Below, piece after piece: positions 17,275 through 26,567 of a DNA stretch of 39,910 bases. This stretch comes from a bacterium. Its GTDB lineage: Bacteria > Cyanobacteriota > Vampirovibrionia > Gastranaerophilales > Gastranaerophilaceae. The stretch covers positions 1-39,910 of the forward strand of contig JAFYDY010000090.1 of NCBI GenBank assembly GCA_017544545.1, written 5' to 3'. The notes under the pieces are model-generated. The model did not search any database and was not told the DNA's origin. It saw only the letters and a program-made list of their open reading frames with translations. Position 1 is the first letter of the stretch. Each line of letters begins with the position of its first letter. A program made the translations under genes and the position numbers.

Positions 17275-17295
17275 CCTTTATACTTCTGCACTCAA

Positions 17296-19419
17296 TTATA
17301 TCTCAATTAATGTTCCCATTTTATCTTTTGTGACATCAACAAGACATTTGTAGTTTCCTACTCTTGCTATGTAAACGTTGTCGTTTTCCGGACGAACCTG
17401 AAGAGGTTTGTCTAATACCTGAGAGAATTTTTTCAGCATCGTAATATTGTCTTTAACTCTTCCTACAAGAGCTGAAACACCATCAACATTTACAAGATAA
17501 ATTCCTCTGTCAGCATCAATGTTGTAACCTGATTTTACAATCAATCCGCCGTGAAAAGCTGAAAGAGAGGTATCTTTTGATCTTGAAATCGGGTTTGATA
17601 CGGTTGAATGAGATGTGCTCGGTGTTGCTGATTTAATCTGAGATAAAGTGTCTACAACACTTGTGGATTTTGAACTTTCTGAATCCAGGATTGAAAGATA
17701 CTCGTCAAGAGAGGATGTCAGATAATTTTCTTTTTGATTTTTCATATTTGTTTCCCCATTATTTGTTAAATACTTATTTCCGTTAATTATATTTTTGATA
17801 TTAACTGCAGAAGAAGCCGAATTTCTTCTGTTTACACTCAGTTCAGAATCTTTTAGTTTCACAAAAGGTCCTTCTTTATATGTTTCTTTATTTGAAAAAG
17901 GATTTTCAGCAAAAGAACGAGTTGTTTCTTTAAGGCTTACCGGTTTTGAAAAAGATTTCAGTTTAATATTTTTCATTGAATTTACTATGGAATTATCTTC
18001 GGACTGGACACCTTTTGGTGTTTCTACCGGCTCAGTGTTGGTTGGAGTCTGAGCGAGTGAATGTTCCATTTGTGAAATTTTTGCCTGTAATTTTTCTCTC
18101 ACGATGTCATTATGTGATTTTTCCTGTCTTTTCTTAACGTGTGAAAGTTTTACGGGTGCAGTTTTTTCCTGCGGCATAAGAATTGCTTTTTTAGAAGCCC
18201 CGATATTTGTTACAAAAGAAGCATCTTCTTCTTTTACAGGAGAGTATTCCTGTTCTTTTTGGGTGTATAATTTATATTTTTCCTGCCAGCTCAAATCTTT
18301 GTTATTGACAATGTCATAATATTCCTGTCTGCGTCTTTTTGCATGATTTTGTGCAGACAAACTGAGGAAGGAATTAGTTCTGGCATTATCTTTTTGAGAT
18401 TTATTTGCAATAGCATCAAGTATAAGATAAGCGGCTCCGAGTCCGACAATGGTTCCTCCTGCCAATAAGACAAGAAGCGGGAAAGAAGATTTCTTTTCCT
18501 GAACAGGAGCTTGTGCATTATCAGCATCTAAAATGTTATCTGTTTCAATAACGTTATCTGTTAAAAGATCTGTACTCGGAGTTTTTGCAGAAGATGTGTT
18601 TTCTACAGGATGTGAAACTCTCGGTTCAAGATCAACCTTACGTTTGCCGTCTTTGTCAAAATTCATTTTAGGCTTATAGTTGCTTTCAATAAAGTCGTTT
18701 TTTGATGTTTTAACTTTTGGTTGTTCCGTTTTGGGTTCAACAGCAGACTGTTTTACAGGTTTTGTTTCAACCGGTTTTGTTATTGTCGTTTTTGGAACGC
18801 TTGTAACTGTTGATTTCGGAGAAGTTTTTGGAGTATCAGCAGTTGTTTTTGGTGCTGATGATGGTTTTGCTGCAGTGGCCGGTTTTGATTGTGTAGTTGC
18901 CGGTTTGGCTTGTTGTGTGGCTGCAGGTTTTTGTGTGGTTGTACTTGCCGCCGGTGTTGTTTGTGGTTTTGTACTTGTTGCGGCAGGGGTTGTATTGTTT
19001 TGTGCAATAATATTTTTTGCATCTTTCTGCGCCTGTGTCAGCGGTGCGGATTTAACGTTGTGTGTTTTAATATTTATGGGTTTTGTTGTTTCAAAAGTTA
19101 CTTTTGTGTAACCGCCGATTCCGTCATCAACGTGTTTAACATTGACATCTGTTATCAAATCCTTCAGCCCGCCAAAGTTTGGGGTAACCGAAGAATTGCT
19201 TGAAACGTTCGGCATTAAAACAACATATCTGTTATTCCCTTTGCGTGTAACAACGGTATTTGAATTGACATCAGTTGTATAAAAAGTAACATCAACTGTA
19301 TCTGCGACAGAGGATTTTTTAATATCCATTTGTGTCAGGCTGTTAGCGTTCGCTGATGTGATACCTATGCTGAACATTGCCAAAATCGCCGCAAGTATTA
19401 TGTTTTTCTTATTTTTCAT
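17296..19419 (-). CDS. hypothetical envelope protein: signal peptide, AMIN-like domain, Pro/Thr-rich linker, TM helix, C-terminal domain
   Basis: 707 aa. Signal peptide ...GITSANA. AMIN-like VDVTFYTTD...NRYVVLMPNVS. PT/AK low-complexity stretch at ~aa 140-235. TM helix FPLLVLLAGGTIVGLGAAYLILDAI. Confidence 0.65.
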   Translation of the reverse strand: MKNKKNIILAAILAMFSIGITSANANSLTQMDIKKSSVADTVDVTFYTTDVNSNTVVTRKGNNRYVVLMPNVSSNSSVTPNFGGLKDLITDVNVKHVDDGIGGYTKVTFETTKPINIKTHNVKSAPLTQAQKDAKNIIAQNNTTPAATSTKPQTTPAASTTTQKPAATQQAKPATTQSKPATAAKPSSAPKTTADTPKTSPKSTVTSVPKTTITKPVETKPVKQSAVEPKTEQPKVKTSKNDFIESNYKPKMNFDKDGKRKVDLEPRVSHPVENTSSAKTPSTDLLTDNVIETDNILDADNAQAPVQEKKSSFPLLVLLAGGTIVGLGAAYLILDAIANKSQKDNARTNSFLSLSAQNHAKRRRQEYYDIVNNKDLSWQEKYKLYTQKEQEYSPVKEEDASFVTNIGASKKAILMPQEKTAPVKLSHVKKRQEKSHNDIVREKLQAKISQMEHSLAQTPTNTEPVETPKGVQSEDNSIVNSMKNIKLKSFSKPVSLKETTRSFAENPFSNKETYKEGPFVKLKDSELSVNRRNSASSAVNIKNIINGNKYLTNNGETNMKNQKENYLTSSLDEYLSILDSESSKSTSVVDTLSQIKSATPSTSHSTVSNPISRSKDTSLSAFHGGLIVKSGYNIDADRGIYLVNVDGVSALVGRVKDNITMLKKFSQVLDKPLQVRPENDNVYIARVGNYKCLVDVTKDKMGTLIEI
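18715..19002 (-). repeat. coding low-complexity Pro/Thr/Ala/Lys/Gln-rich tract
   Basis: TPAATSTKPQTTPAASTTTQKPAATQQAKPATTQSKPATAAKPSSAPKTT... within the 707-aa envelope protein. Locally GC-richer. Confidence 0.75.
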
Positions 19420-19520
19420 TATTTTCCCGTAAAAATTTCAAAACTACACAATTTCCTAAATATATAATAACCGAGAGTAAAATTTTTTGCTAGTTTATTA
19501 AAAAATAATATAATTTATGT

Positions 19521-19526
19521 TACAAT
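19521..19526 (+). promoter_or_regulatory. TACAAT box 6 nt upstream of the era ATG (leaderless candidate)
   Basis: TTAAAA-N17-TACAAT-ATCTTC-ATG with no SD. A second element, TTGCTA-N16-TATAAT, lies at 19487-19514. Confidence 0.4.
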
Positions 19527-19532
19527 ATCTTC

Positions 19533-20423
19533 ATGAAATGTGGATTTGTTACAATTATCGGGCGTCCGAATGTCGGTAAATCTACCCTGCTGAACACTAT
19601 TTTGGGGCAGAAAATTGTTATTGCAACAGACAAAGCTCAAACTACAAGAAAACGAATCAAAGGAATATTAACAAACGAAGAAGGACAGATTGTTTTTGTG
19701 GATACCCCGGGGGTGCATAAGCCTCTCAACAAGCTGGGTGAATTTTTGCTTGATGAGGCTAAAATCGCCGTACCCGATGCAGATTTGGTTTTGTTTTTGG
19801 TTGATGGCTCGGAGCCGGCCGGTAAAGGTGACAAATGGATTGCCAAAAACCTCTTGCAGTCTGGAATTCCTATAATCATTGTTATGAACAAGGTTGATAA
19901 AATAAAAAAACAAGAGAAAGTTGAAGATAATCTTTTAACATACAAAACTCTGTTTGATGAGAATTTACCTCTTGTTCGTGTGAGTGCAAAAACAGGCAGA
20001 AATATTGACACTTTACTCAAAAATATTTTTAAAAAACTGCCCGAGGGTGAAATTATGTATCCCGAAGATGTTGTGACGGAAGAAACAATGCGTGATGTCA
20101 CCGAAGAAATTATAAGAGAAAAGATTTTGCTAAATACATCTGATGAAATTCCGCATGCTGTTGCCGTCAAGGTTGATAAATATATGGAAGAAGACGAGAT
20201 AGATAAGATTTACGCAACAATATACTGTGAACAAAAAAGCCAGAAAGGTATTTTGATAGGTAAGGGCGGTAATTTGCTTAAAAAAATAGGAACGGAAGCC
20301 CGTATTGAACTGGAAAAAATTACAGAGAAAAAAGTATTCCTCGGGCTCGAAGTTAAGGTTGAAAAAGACTGGCGCAAAAAAGACAACATCCTGAAAAACT
20401 TTGGTTATAAATCTGAGGGGTAG
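19533..20423 (+). CDS. era: GTPase Era
   Basis: G1 GRPNVGKST, G3 DTPG, G4 NKVD and a C-terminal KH domain. No SD; TACAAT lies 6 nt upstream of the ATG. Confidence 0.93.
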   Translation: MKCGFVTIIGRPNVGKSTLLNTILGQKIVIATDKAQTTRKRIKGILTNEEGQIVFVDTPGVHKPLNKLGEFLLDEAKIAVPDADLVLFLVDGSEPAGKGDKWIAKNLLQSGIPIIIVMNKVDKIKKQEKVEDNLLTYKTLFDENLPLVRVSAKTGRNIDTLLKNIFKKLPEGEIMYPEDVVTEETMRDVTEEIIREKILLNTSDEIPHAVAVKVDKYMEEDEIDKIYATIYCEQKSQKGILIGKGGNLLKKIGTEARIELEKITEKKVFLGLEVKVEKDWRKKDNILKNFGYKSEG

Positions 20424-20434
20424 GAAAATGCTGC

Positions 20435-21976
20435 CTAACTGTTATATGCTCTTAATTGACTGATTTTTGTGTTAATTTCGTTCATCAAATTAACGTTATC
20501 TGTCTGACGTGCGTATTTTTGAGCTTTAAGTAACAGGTTGTAGGCTTTGTTCAGATTATTAAATTCAACCATTATGTCTGCAGCTCCAAGATAATTTTGT
20601 GCAGTTTTCAGAGGTGATTCCGCTTCGGTATAGTTTTTGACAGCCTGCGAATAGGATTTCAGGGCTTTTTCAGGTTCTTCAAATTTTACATAAGCTTTTG
20701 CTGTATTTGATTCAACAAAACCGTTAAGGTTTTTGTTTTTGGTTTCTTTTGCCAAATCACTTGCCATATCGTAGTATTCAAAAGCTTCACGGTCGTACAT
20801 ATCGGTATAAATGTTTCCGATTTTTGTTAATGATGCAGATTGTGCAGGAATATTTTCGGCTTCTCCGGCATAAGATACCGTGCTGAAATAATGATCCATA
20901 GCCGGTGTAATTTGGTTTACGTCGTCATAGATTTGTGCCATAGAGTAGTGTGCTTTTGCTTTTACGTTTTCATCGGTTGAAAGTTTAACGGACTGGTTGT
21001 AACTTTTCAGCGCCTGTGCAATATAATCGTGGTCATCATAAATTTTGCCCACTTCATAATAAATTTTTCCGGAGGTTTCCGTATCATCAATTTCAAGTGC
21101 TCTGTTTAGTGCCTGTTCAAAAGAGCGAATGGCTTTTTCCGGATCGTTTGCATAAGCGTATTTTTTAGCCTGAATAAACAATGATTTTAATTGTTTATCC
21201 TGCGGAATGCTTGTTTTGTTTGTTTGTCCGGCAACAGAAATCGGTATAACTTTTGGATTATCTTCAATTATAGCTTCCTGTGCCGTTGCCTGTAATTCTT
21301 CTTGTCTTGGGGTTTGTGCTTTTGTATTTTCAGGGAATTTTACCAAAAATCTTTCATTGATATTCCCTTCGTCATATTTAAAATCAATTTCCTGCAAAAA
21401 CAGAGCATCTACCCAATTCTCAACAACTTTGGAATCTTTGTTTAAGGTTTCCGAGATGTAATTATCAAGAACAGATGCGGCACTGTTCATTGTTGTTCTT
21501 ATCAGTTTTTTATTAACCTTGTCGGATTGAACCTGTTTTTCTATTGCAGAAAGATAATTTTCAACAATTTCATTTAATTCATCCGGTGTTCCGATAGCGA
21601 TTGCCGTATTTCTGAAATCTTTAAGTATTTGAGCAATGTTTATCTGGTTATCAACAAGATGTCCAGTCGTGTTTGTAACGGCAGGTTGAATTGTTGATGA
21701 TGTTTGTGGCTGCTGTTGGGGTGCTCGGTGAATATTTACGTTGCTATATAGGCTTCCTGCCGGCAGATTAAATTTTTGTTCATAAGCAGGTGTATATTGA
21801 GGAGTTTTTTGCTCCACATATTGCAGGCCTTTGCTTCTCGCATTTTGCCCGGGTTCTTGTTCTCTTTGCGTATTTGCAGCTTTTGACTGTTCGTCTTCCT
21901 CTCGTTTTTTGACGGGAGTTTGTCTGTCTGCGCTTACGTATGGTCGCTGAAATAAATTAGTTAAACTAAGTCCCAT
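20435..21976 (-). CDS. TPR-repeat protein with a disordered Gln/Pro-rich N-terminus
   Basis: 513 aa. Repeated 34-aa A..Y...A/Y patterns in the C-terminal 250 aa. Confidence 0.7.
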   Translation of the reverse strand: MGLSLTNLFQRPYVSADRQTPVKKREEDEQSKAANTQREQEPGQNARSKGLQYVEQKTPQYTPAYEQKFNLPAGSLYSNVNIHRAPQQQPQTSSTIQPAVTNTTGHLVDNQINIAQILKDFRNTAIAIGTPDELNEIVENYLSAIEKQVQSDKVNKKLIRTTMNSAASVLDNYISETLNKDSKVVENWVDALFLQEIDFKYDEGNINERFLVKFPENTKAQTPRQEELQATAQEAIIEDNPKVIPISVAGQTNKTSIPQDKQLKSLFIQAKKYAYANDPEKAIRSFEQALNRALEIDDTETSGKIYYEVGKIYDDHDYIAQALKSYNQSVKLSTDENVKAKAHYSMAQIYDDVNQITPAMDHYFSTVSYAGEAENIPAQSASLTKIGNIYTDMYDREAFEYYDMASDLAKETKNKNLNGFVESNTAKAYVKFEEPEKALKSYSQAVKNYTEAESPLKTAQNYLGAADIMVEFNNLNKAYNLLLKAQKYARQTDNVNLMNEINTKISQLRAYNS

Positions 21977-22103
21977 TTTATATTAATACCTGCCCAAATC
22001 TACTTGTTACCATTCTACTTGTATCATAATTTCACTCAAAGGGGCTCAACCTTTTGTATGATTTATGCTATGTTTTATTTAAGTATTTTTTTGAATTTGT
22101 CAA

Positions 22104-22141
22104 GAAAAAAGATGCTCCGAATTTTCAGGACATCTTTTTTA
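22104..22141 (-). terminator. intrinsic terminator after pckA (A-run/T-run flanked, potentially bidirectional)
   Basis: AGATG(C)TCC / GGACATCT stem at 22110-22135, flanked by A6 and T6. Confidence 0.65.
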
Positions 22142-22165
22142 TATAATGCAGGGTACAGAATTATT

Positions 22166-23764
22166 CTATACTCTGCTTAATGACTTTGGGCCGGCATTTA
22201 CGATTTCTGACGGCATGTTCGGATACTTGCTTGAGAAGTTATCGTTGAACATTTGAGCCAATTTGTTAGCTGCTTCATCGTATGCTGCTTTATCTGACCA
22301 CATACCACGAGCATCAAGCATTTCTGACGGAACACCCGGACAAGATGTCGGATAATCAACGTTGAATACGTCATGATGTTTGAATTCAACATTGTCAAAT
22401 GAACCGTTCAAAGCTGCTGTTACCATAGCACGTGTATATGATAATTTCATTCTCTTAGCACCTGAAGATGCACTGCCGCCTGCCCAGCCGGTATTTACAA
22501 GATAAACTTTAGTTCCGTACTGGTCTAATTTTTCACCAAGCATCTTAGCATAAACTGATGCATCCATCGGCATAAACGGTTCGCCGAACAGAGTTGAGAA
22601 TGTAGGTACAGGTTCTGTAATACCACGTTCGGTACCTGCAAGTTTAGAGGTGAAACCTGTTACAAAGTGGTACATAGCAGCGTTTTTGTCCAATCTTGAA
22701 ATCGGAGGCAAAACACCGAAAGCATCAGCTGTTAAGAAAATAACAACCTTCGGAATGCCGCCCATAGACGGAATAGCTGAGTTGTTAATATAATTAACTG
22801 GGTAGCCGACACGTGTATTTTCTGTTAATGAACCGTCATTGAAATCAAGTTCTCTTGTTTCAGGATTCATAATAACGTTTTCTACCAAAGAACCGAATTT
22901 GATTGCGTTATAAATATCAGGTTCATTTTCTGCAGAAAGGTTAATACATTTTGCATAGCAGCCGCCTTCAAAGTTGAAAACGCCATCAGGTGACCAGCCG
23001 TGCTCGTCGTCACCAATCAATTTTCTTGAAGGATCAGCTGATAATGTTGTTTTACCTGTTCCTGAAAGACCGAAGAAAACAGCTGTTTCATGTGTTTCAG
23101 GGTCCATATTAGCTGAACAGTGCATTGGTAAAACATTTTTCTTAGTCATTACATAGTTCATAGTAGCGAATACTGATTTTTTAATTTCGCCTGCATATTG
23201 AGAACCGGCAATAATGATAGTGTGTGCTTCATAGTCAATAGCTATGCATGCTTCAGAATTTGTTCCGTCTATAGCCGGATCACATTTGAAGCCCGGTGCA
23301 CAAAGAATTGTGTAATCAGCTTCACCGTAAGATGCTAATTCTTCGGCTGTAGGTCTGATTAACAATTGGTGAATGAACATATTTTGTGAAGCTAATTCGT
23401 TAATAACTCTGAATTTTTGAGTATAAGTTTTGTCAGCACCAGCAAAACCATCAAAAATAAATACTTCTTTACCGTTCAGATAGTTAGCGATTTTATCTCT
23501 GATAGAGTTGAATGCTTCTCTTGAAATAGGTCTGTTAACTTTTCCCCATGCGATATCATTATGAATGCTCGGGGTATCAACAATAAATTTGTCCTTAGGT
23601 GAACGACCTGTATATTTACCTGTTGTAACAACCAAAGCTCCTGTTTCAGAAAGAGAGCCTTCGCCGCGGCGCAGGGCTGCTTCTGTTAATTGAGCAGGTG
23701 TCCAGTTTCTGTGTACTGATGAGGGTGAAGTAATACCCCATTTTTCAATACCGTAAGTTTCCAT
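22166..23764 (-). CDS. pckA: phosphoenolpyruvate carboxykinase (ATP)
   Basis: 532 aa. Kinase-1a GLSGTGKTT and full-length PckA similarity. SD GGAGGA. Terminator downstream. Confidence 0.95.
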   Translation of the reverse strand: METYGIEKWGITSPSSVHRNWTPAQLTEAALRRGEGSLSETGALVVTTGKYTGRSPKDKFIVDTPSIHNDIAWGKVNRPISREAFNSIRDKIANYLNGKEVFIFDGFAGADKTYTQKFRVINELASQNMFIHQLLIRPTAEELASYGEADYTILCAPGFKCDPAIDGTNSEACIAIDYEAHTIIIAGSQYAGEIKKSVFATMNYVMTKKNVLPMHCSANMDPETHETAVFFGLSGTGKTTLSADPSRKLIGDDEHGWSPDGVFNFEGGCYAKCINLSAENEPDIYNAIKFGSLVENVIMNPETRELDFNDGSLTENTRVGYPVNYINNSAIPSMGGIPKVVIFLTADAFGVLPPISRLDKNAAMYHFVTGFTSKLAGTERGITEPVPTFSTLFGEPFMPMDASVYAKMLGEKLDQYGTKVYLVNTGWAGGSASSGAKRMKLSYTRAMVTAALNGSFDNVEFKHHDVFNVDYPTSCPGVPSEMLDARGMWSDKAAYDEAANKLAQMFNDNFSSKYPNMPSEIVNAGPKSLSRV

Positions 23765-23926
23765 ATTTTATTTCCTCCATAAAGTGCCTATACACATTTA
23801 TTGTATAATAAACACTTTTAAAATGCAACTTGTTAAGTCCCTATAAATATTAAGATTTTGTGAATATTGTACGGATTTGAATATTTGCACATAAATTGTT
23901 AAACACTAGCCCAAAAACAGCTTTTA

Positions 23927-23935
23927 TGATAATAT
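23927..23935 (+). promoter_or_regulatory. extended -10 promoter TGATAATAT for the 23974 gene
   Basis: TGn+TAATAT lies ~39 nt upstream of the ATG, followed by SD GAGGGAG. Confidence 0.4.
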
Positions 23936-23973
23936 GTTTCCAAAGCTATAAAATAATATGAGGGAGATTCTTT

Positions 23974-24393
23974 ATGGAAAGTATGAACAAATTCAAAGTA
24001 TTAACAGTATTGATAATTTGCGTATTTGTTTTCGCAATTGCGGCAATGTATGTTAATACAAAAGATGCCAGCGAACAAAGAGCACAAGAACGTTCAGAAT
24101 ACGAAGATGATTATGATGATTACGATACCAGAGCGAAAAAGCAATCATCTGAAATATCAGATTTGATGTATACTATAAATCGTTTGGAAAGCAGAGTAAA
24201 TCAACTCGAAGCTAAAAACCGAAAGAGTGAATCTTCAAGAAGAACTACAGATTCAGCAACAGACGGCGGAGTAAGATGCAAAATATTCGGCACAAGAACA
24301 GGTGCAGGAATTGAACAAATTTCTCCTGAAGCAGCACTTCAGGATTCAAGAATTAACGGTAACGACCTTGTTCTTACCTGCTCTTTGAGATAA
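23974..24393 (+). CDS. hypothetical membrane-anchored coiled-coil protein
   Basis: 139 aa. N-terminal TM helix, acidic stretch, short coiled coil. SD GAGGGAG. Extended -10 upstream and terminator downstream. Confidence 0.6.
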   Translation: MESMNKFKVLTVLIICVFVFAIAAMYVNTKDASEQRAQERSEYEDDYDDYDTRAKKQSSEISDLMYTINRLESRVNQLEAKNRKSESSRRTTDSATDGGVRCKIFGTRTGAGIEQISPEAALQDSRINGNDLVLTCSLR

Positions 24394-24402
24394 TTTTACA
24401 AG

Positions 24403-24437
24403 AAAAAATACCGGCTTTTATAAGCCGGTATTTTTTT
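24403..24437. terminator. bidirectional intrinsic terminator shared by the 23974 gene (+) and metG (-)
   Basis: 11-bp stem AATACCGGCTT/AAGCCGGTATT with a 4-nt loop, flanked by A-run and T-run. The metG stop codon lies in the T-run. Confidence 0.85.
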
Positions 24438-26013
24438 ATGCTTTAACTTTTGATTTATCAGCAAGTTCCGAATCCACCCTCAGAAATACCGGATGAATAT
24501 CGTCCTTTGAAATCAACTTTCCTGTTTTAATATTACTTGTTGTAATGTTATCCAGTTTGATTGACAGGTCATATGATAATTGGTTTGCCATATCCTGTGC
24601 AATATTCGGACAATAGGGGTAAATTAAAGATGAGATAACACACATAATTTCTAAAACGGTTGCCAGAACCTGTCCGCATTCTGTCATTTTTTCCTCTTTT
24701 GCAAGAGTCCATGGTGCATTGTCTGTTACAAATTTATTTGCGGCATCGACAATTCCCACGATTTCCTGTGCAGCTTCCTGAATTTCAAAATGGTTGAAGT
24801 GGTTTTCAACGATTTTTACTGTTCCCAAAGCAGTTTTCAAAAGACTTTCGGCTTCTTTTGAACGGTTTGTCAAAAATTCTTCTTTAATTTCACCGTCAAA
24901 ATATTTTACAAGCATTGAAAGGCTTCTGTTTAACAGATTACCCATACTGTTTGCGAGGTGTGCATTAACTTTTTCTTTAAAATCCTGATCGGAGTAGTTA
25001 CCGTCACGTCCGCAGGGAGCGGAAGTTGCCATATAGTATCTGAAAGCATCAGGAGTTGATAGCTCAAAGTTTTCCAGAACAGATGTCGGTGAAACAACAT
25101 TACCCAAAGATTTTGACATTTTTGTTTCATCAATTGTAATCCAGCCGTGAGCAAAAATGTGTTTCGGTAAAGGTAATTCAAGAGCCATCAATATAGCTAT
25201 CCAATATATGCTGTGGAATTTCAGAATATCTTTTCCGATTACGTGAACATCAACCGGCCAGAGAGTTTTAAATTGTTCTGATGATCCGTCAGGGTCATAA
25301 CCTATAGCAGTAATGTAATTAGAAAGAGCGTCTATCCAGACATAGATTGATTGTTCCGGATCATCCAAAACATCAATACCCCAACCGACATTGGCTTTGT
25401 TACGGGATACGGAAATATCCTGAATATCTTCCAGCTGATTCAGAACTTCGTTTGCTCTGAAACTCGGAACAATAAATTCCGGATTTTCTTTAATATGTTT
25501 GATAATTGCATCTTTGTATTTTGTCAGTTTAAAGAAATAGTTTTCTTCTTTTACAATATCCGGTTTTTTGAGGTGATCAGGACAAAGGCCGTCTTCGGTC
25601 AAATCTTTCGGGTTTAGGAAACATTCGCAGCCGGAGCAGTACCAGCCTTCGTATTCGTGTTTATAAATATCTCCTTTTTCTACAAGTTTTTTAAATATCT
25701 TCTGAACAACTTTTTCGTGATCAGCATCTGTTGTACGTATAAATTTGTTATATTCCACACCCAGTGCTTTCCAGGCATCTTTGAACTTTTGAGCATTCAT
25801 GTCGCAAAGTTCTTTCGGAGAAATTCCCTGAGAGGCAGCTGTTTTTTGAATTTTAATACCGTGTTCATCTGTTCCTGTCAGGAAAAATAAATTATCTGTT
25901 CTTTGTGAAAAATGTCTTGCAATAATATCGGTCAGAATTTTTTCGTAAGCATGACCTATATGGGGTGCGCCGTTTACATAATCAATGGCGGTTGTTAAAT
26001 AATATTTGTCCAT
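24436..26013 (-). CDS. metG: methionine--tRNA ligase (short form)
   Basis: HIGH (APHIGHAY), KMSKS and a Cys-knuckle CSGCE...CPDH. 525 aa, so it lacks the C-terminal tRNA-binding extension. Confidence 0.95.
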   Translation of the reverse strand: MDKYYLTTAIDYVNGAPHIGHAYEKILTDIIARHFSQRTDNLFFLTGTDEHGIKIQKTAASQGISPKELCDMNAQKFKDAWKALGVEYNKFIRTTDADHEKVVQKIFKKLVEKGDIYKHEYEGWYCSGCECFLNPKDLTEDGLCPDHLKKPDIVKEENYFFKLTKYKDAIIKHIKENPEFIVPSFRANEVLNQLEDIQDISVSRNKANVGWGIDVLDDPEQSIYVWIDALSNYITAIGYDPDGSSEQFKTLWPVDVHVIGKDILKFHSIYWIAILMALELPLPKHIFAHGWITIDETKMSKSLGNVVSPTSVLENFELSTPDAFRYYMATSAPCGRDGNYSDQDFKEKVNAHLANSMGNLLNRSLSMLVKYFDGEIKEEFLTNRSKEAESLLKTALGTVKIVENHFNHFEIQEAAQEIVGIVDAANKFVTDNAPWTLAKEEKMTECGQVLATVLEIMCVISSLIYPYCPNIAQDMANQLSYDLSIKLDNITTSNIKTGKLISKDDIHPVFLRVDSELADKSKVKA

Positions 26014-26137
26014 TTCTTACCTCGTTTTTTACTATAAAAATATACTAGCATAAACAAATAGTAAATTTTAAAAAGGCAATTTTTGTCGGAGAAAATACTT
26101 TATATACTTGTAGGTTAAAAAGTAAAGGAAAAGTATT

Positions 26138-26566
26138 ATGAGTTCAGATTGGATATTTCCGTTGGAAATGTGTGCATCGGGCGGAGTTTTGGATTATGAT
26201 GCTGCAGCAGATTTAATGGATATGCCGCAAAGATTTGTCGGGCATCCTAAGATTACGGATATTCCTGCGATTAATCAACCTTTGCTTTTGCCACCTAATA
26301 CAAAAATAAAAGGCGAGCTTGGGGCAGATTGCTATGGTGATCCGGGTATTTTGGAAAAAAATCCGACCTGGAAAAAATGGTTATTTGGCGGACTTGTTGC
26401 CCTTGGTGCTTTGGCATTAGTTTTCAGGAAGAAGTTACCTAAACTTTCCGGACTTAAAAAACCCGATTTTGCAAAAATAGGCGAATCAGTTAAAGATTTC
26501 GGCAAAAGAGTTTTGGAATACGTCAAAAAACCATTTAGATGGGTTGGTAAAAAACTGAAAAAGTAA
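26138..26566 (+). CDS. hypothetical tail-anchored membrane protein
   Basis: 142 aa. One TM helix (WLFGGLVALGALALVF) followed by a Lys-rich tail. SD AAGGAAAAG. Confidence 0.55.
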   Translation: MSSDWIFPLEMCASGGVLDYDAAADLMDMPQRFVGHPKITDIPAINQPLLLPPNTKIKGELGADCYGDPGILEKNPTWKKWLFGGLVALGALALVFRKKLPKLSGLKKPDFAKIGESVKDFGKRVLEYVKKPFRWVGKKLKK

Positions 26567-26567
26567 T

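Noticed and set aside
19637-20170. Long antisense ORFs inside well-supported genes: 19637-20170 opposite era, 3783-4244 opposite folD, 2099-2560 opposite thiL, 11011-11454, 15400-15858, 33674-34183, 5621-6139, 6504-6905, 18680-19111 and 28648-29055.
   Set aside because: Each lies entirely within a gene on the other strand that has clear family motifs or better start signals. Their translations are low-complexity (Ser/Phe/Cys/Leu-rich) and have no SD or promoter. This is the usual codon-complement artefact, not evidence for overlapping genes.
26014-26137. Classical leader RNAs: a T-box before metG, a yybP-ykoY Mn riboswitch before mntP, a TPP riboswitch before thiL.
   Set aside because: The upstream spaces are too short (124 nt shared with a divergent gene, 0 nt, and 2 nt respectively). 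None shows the conserved boxes.
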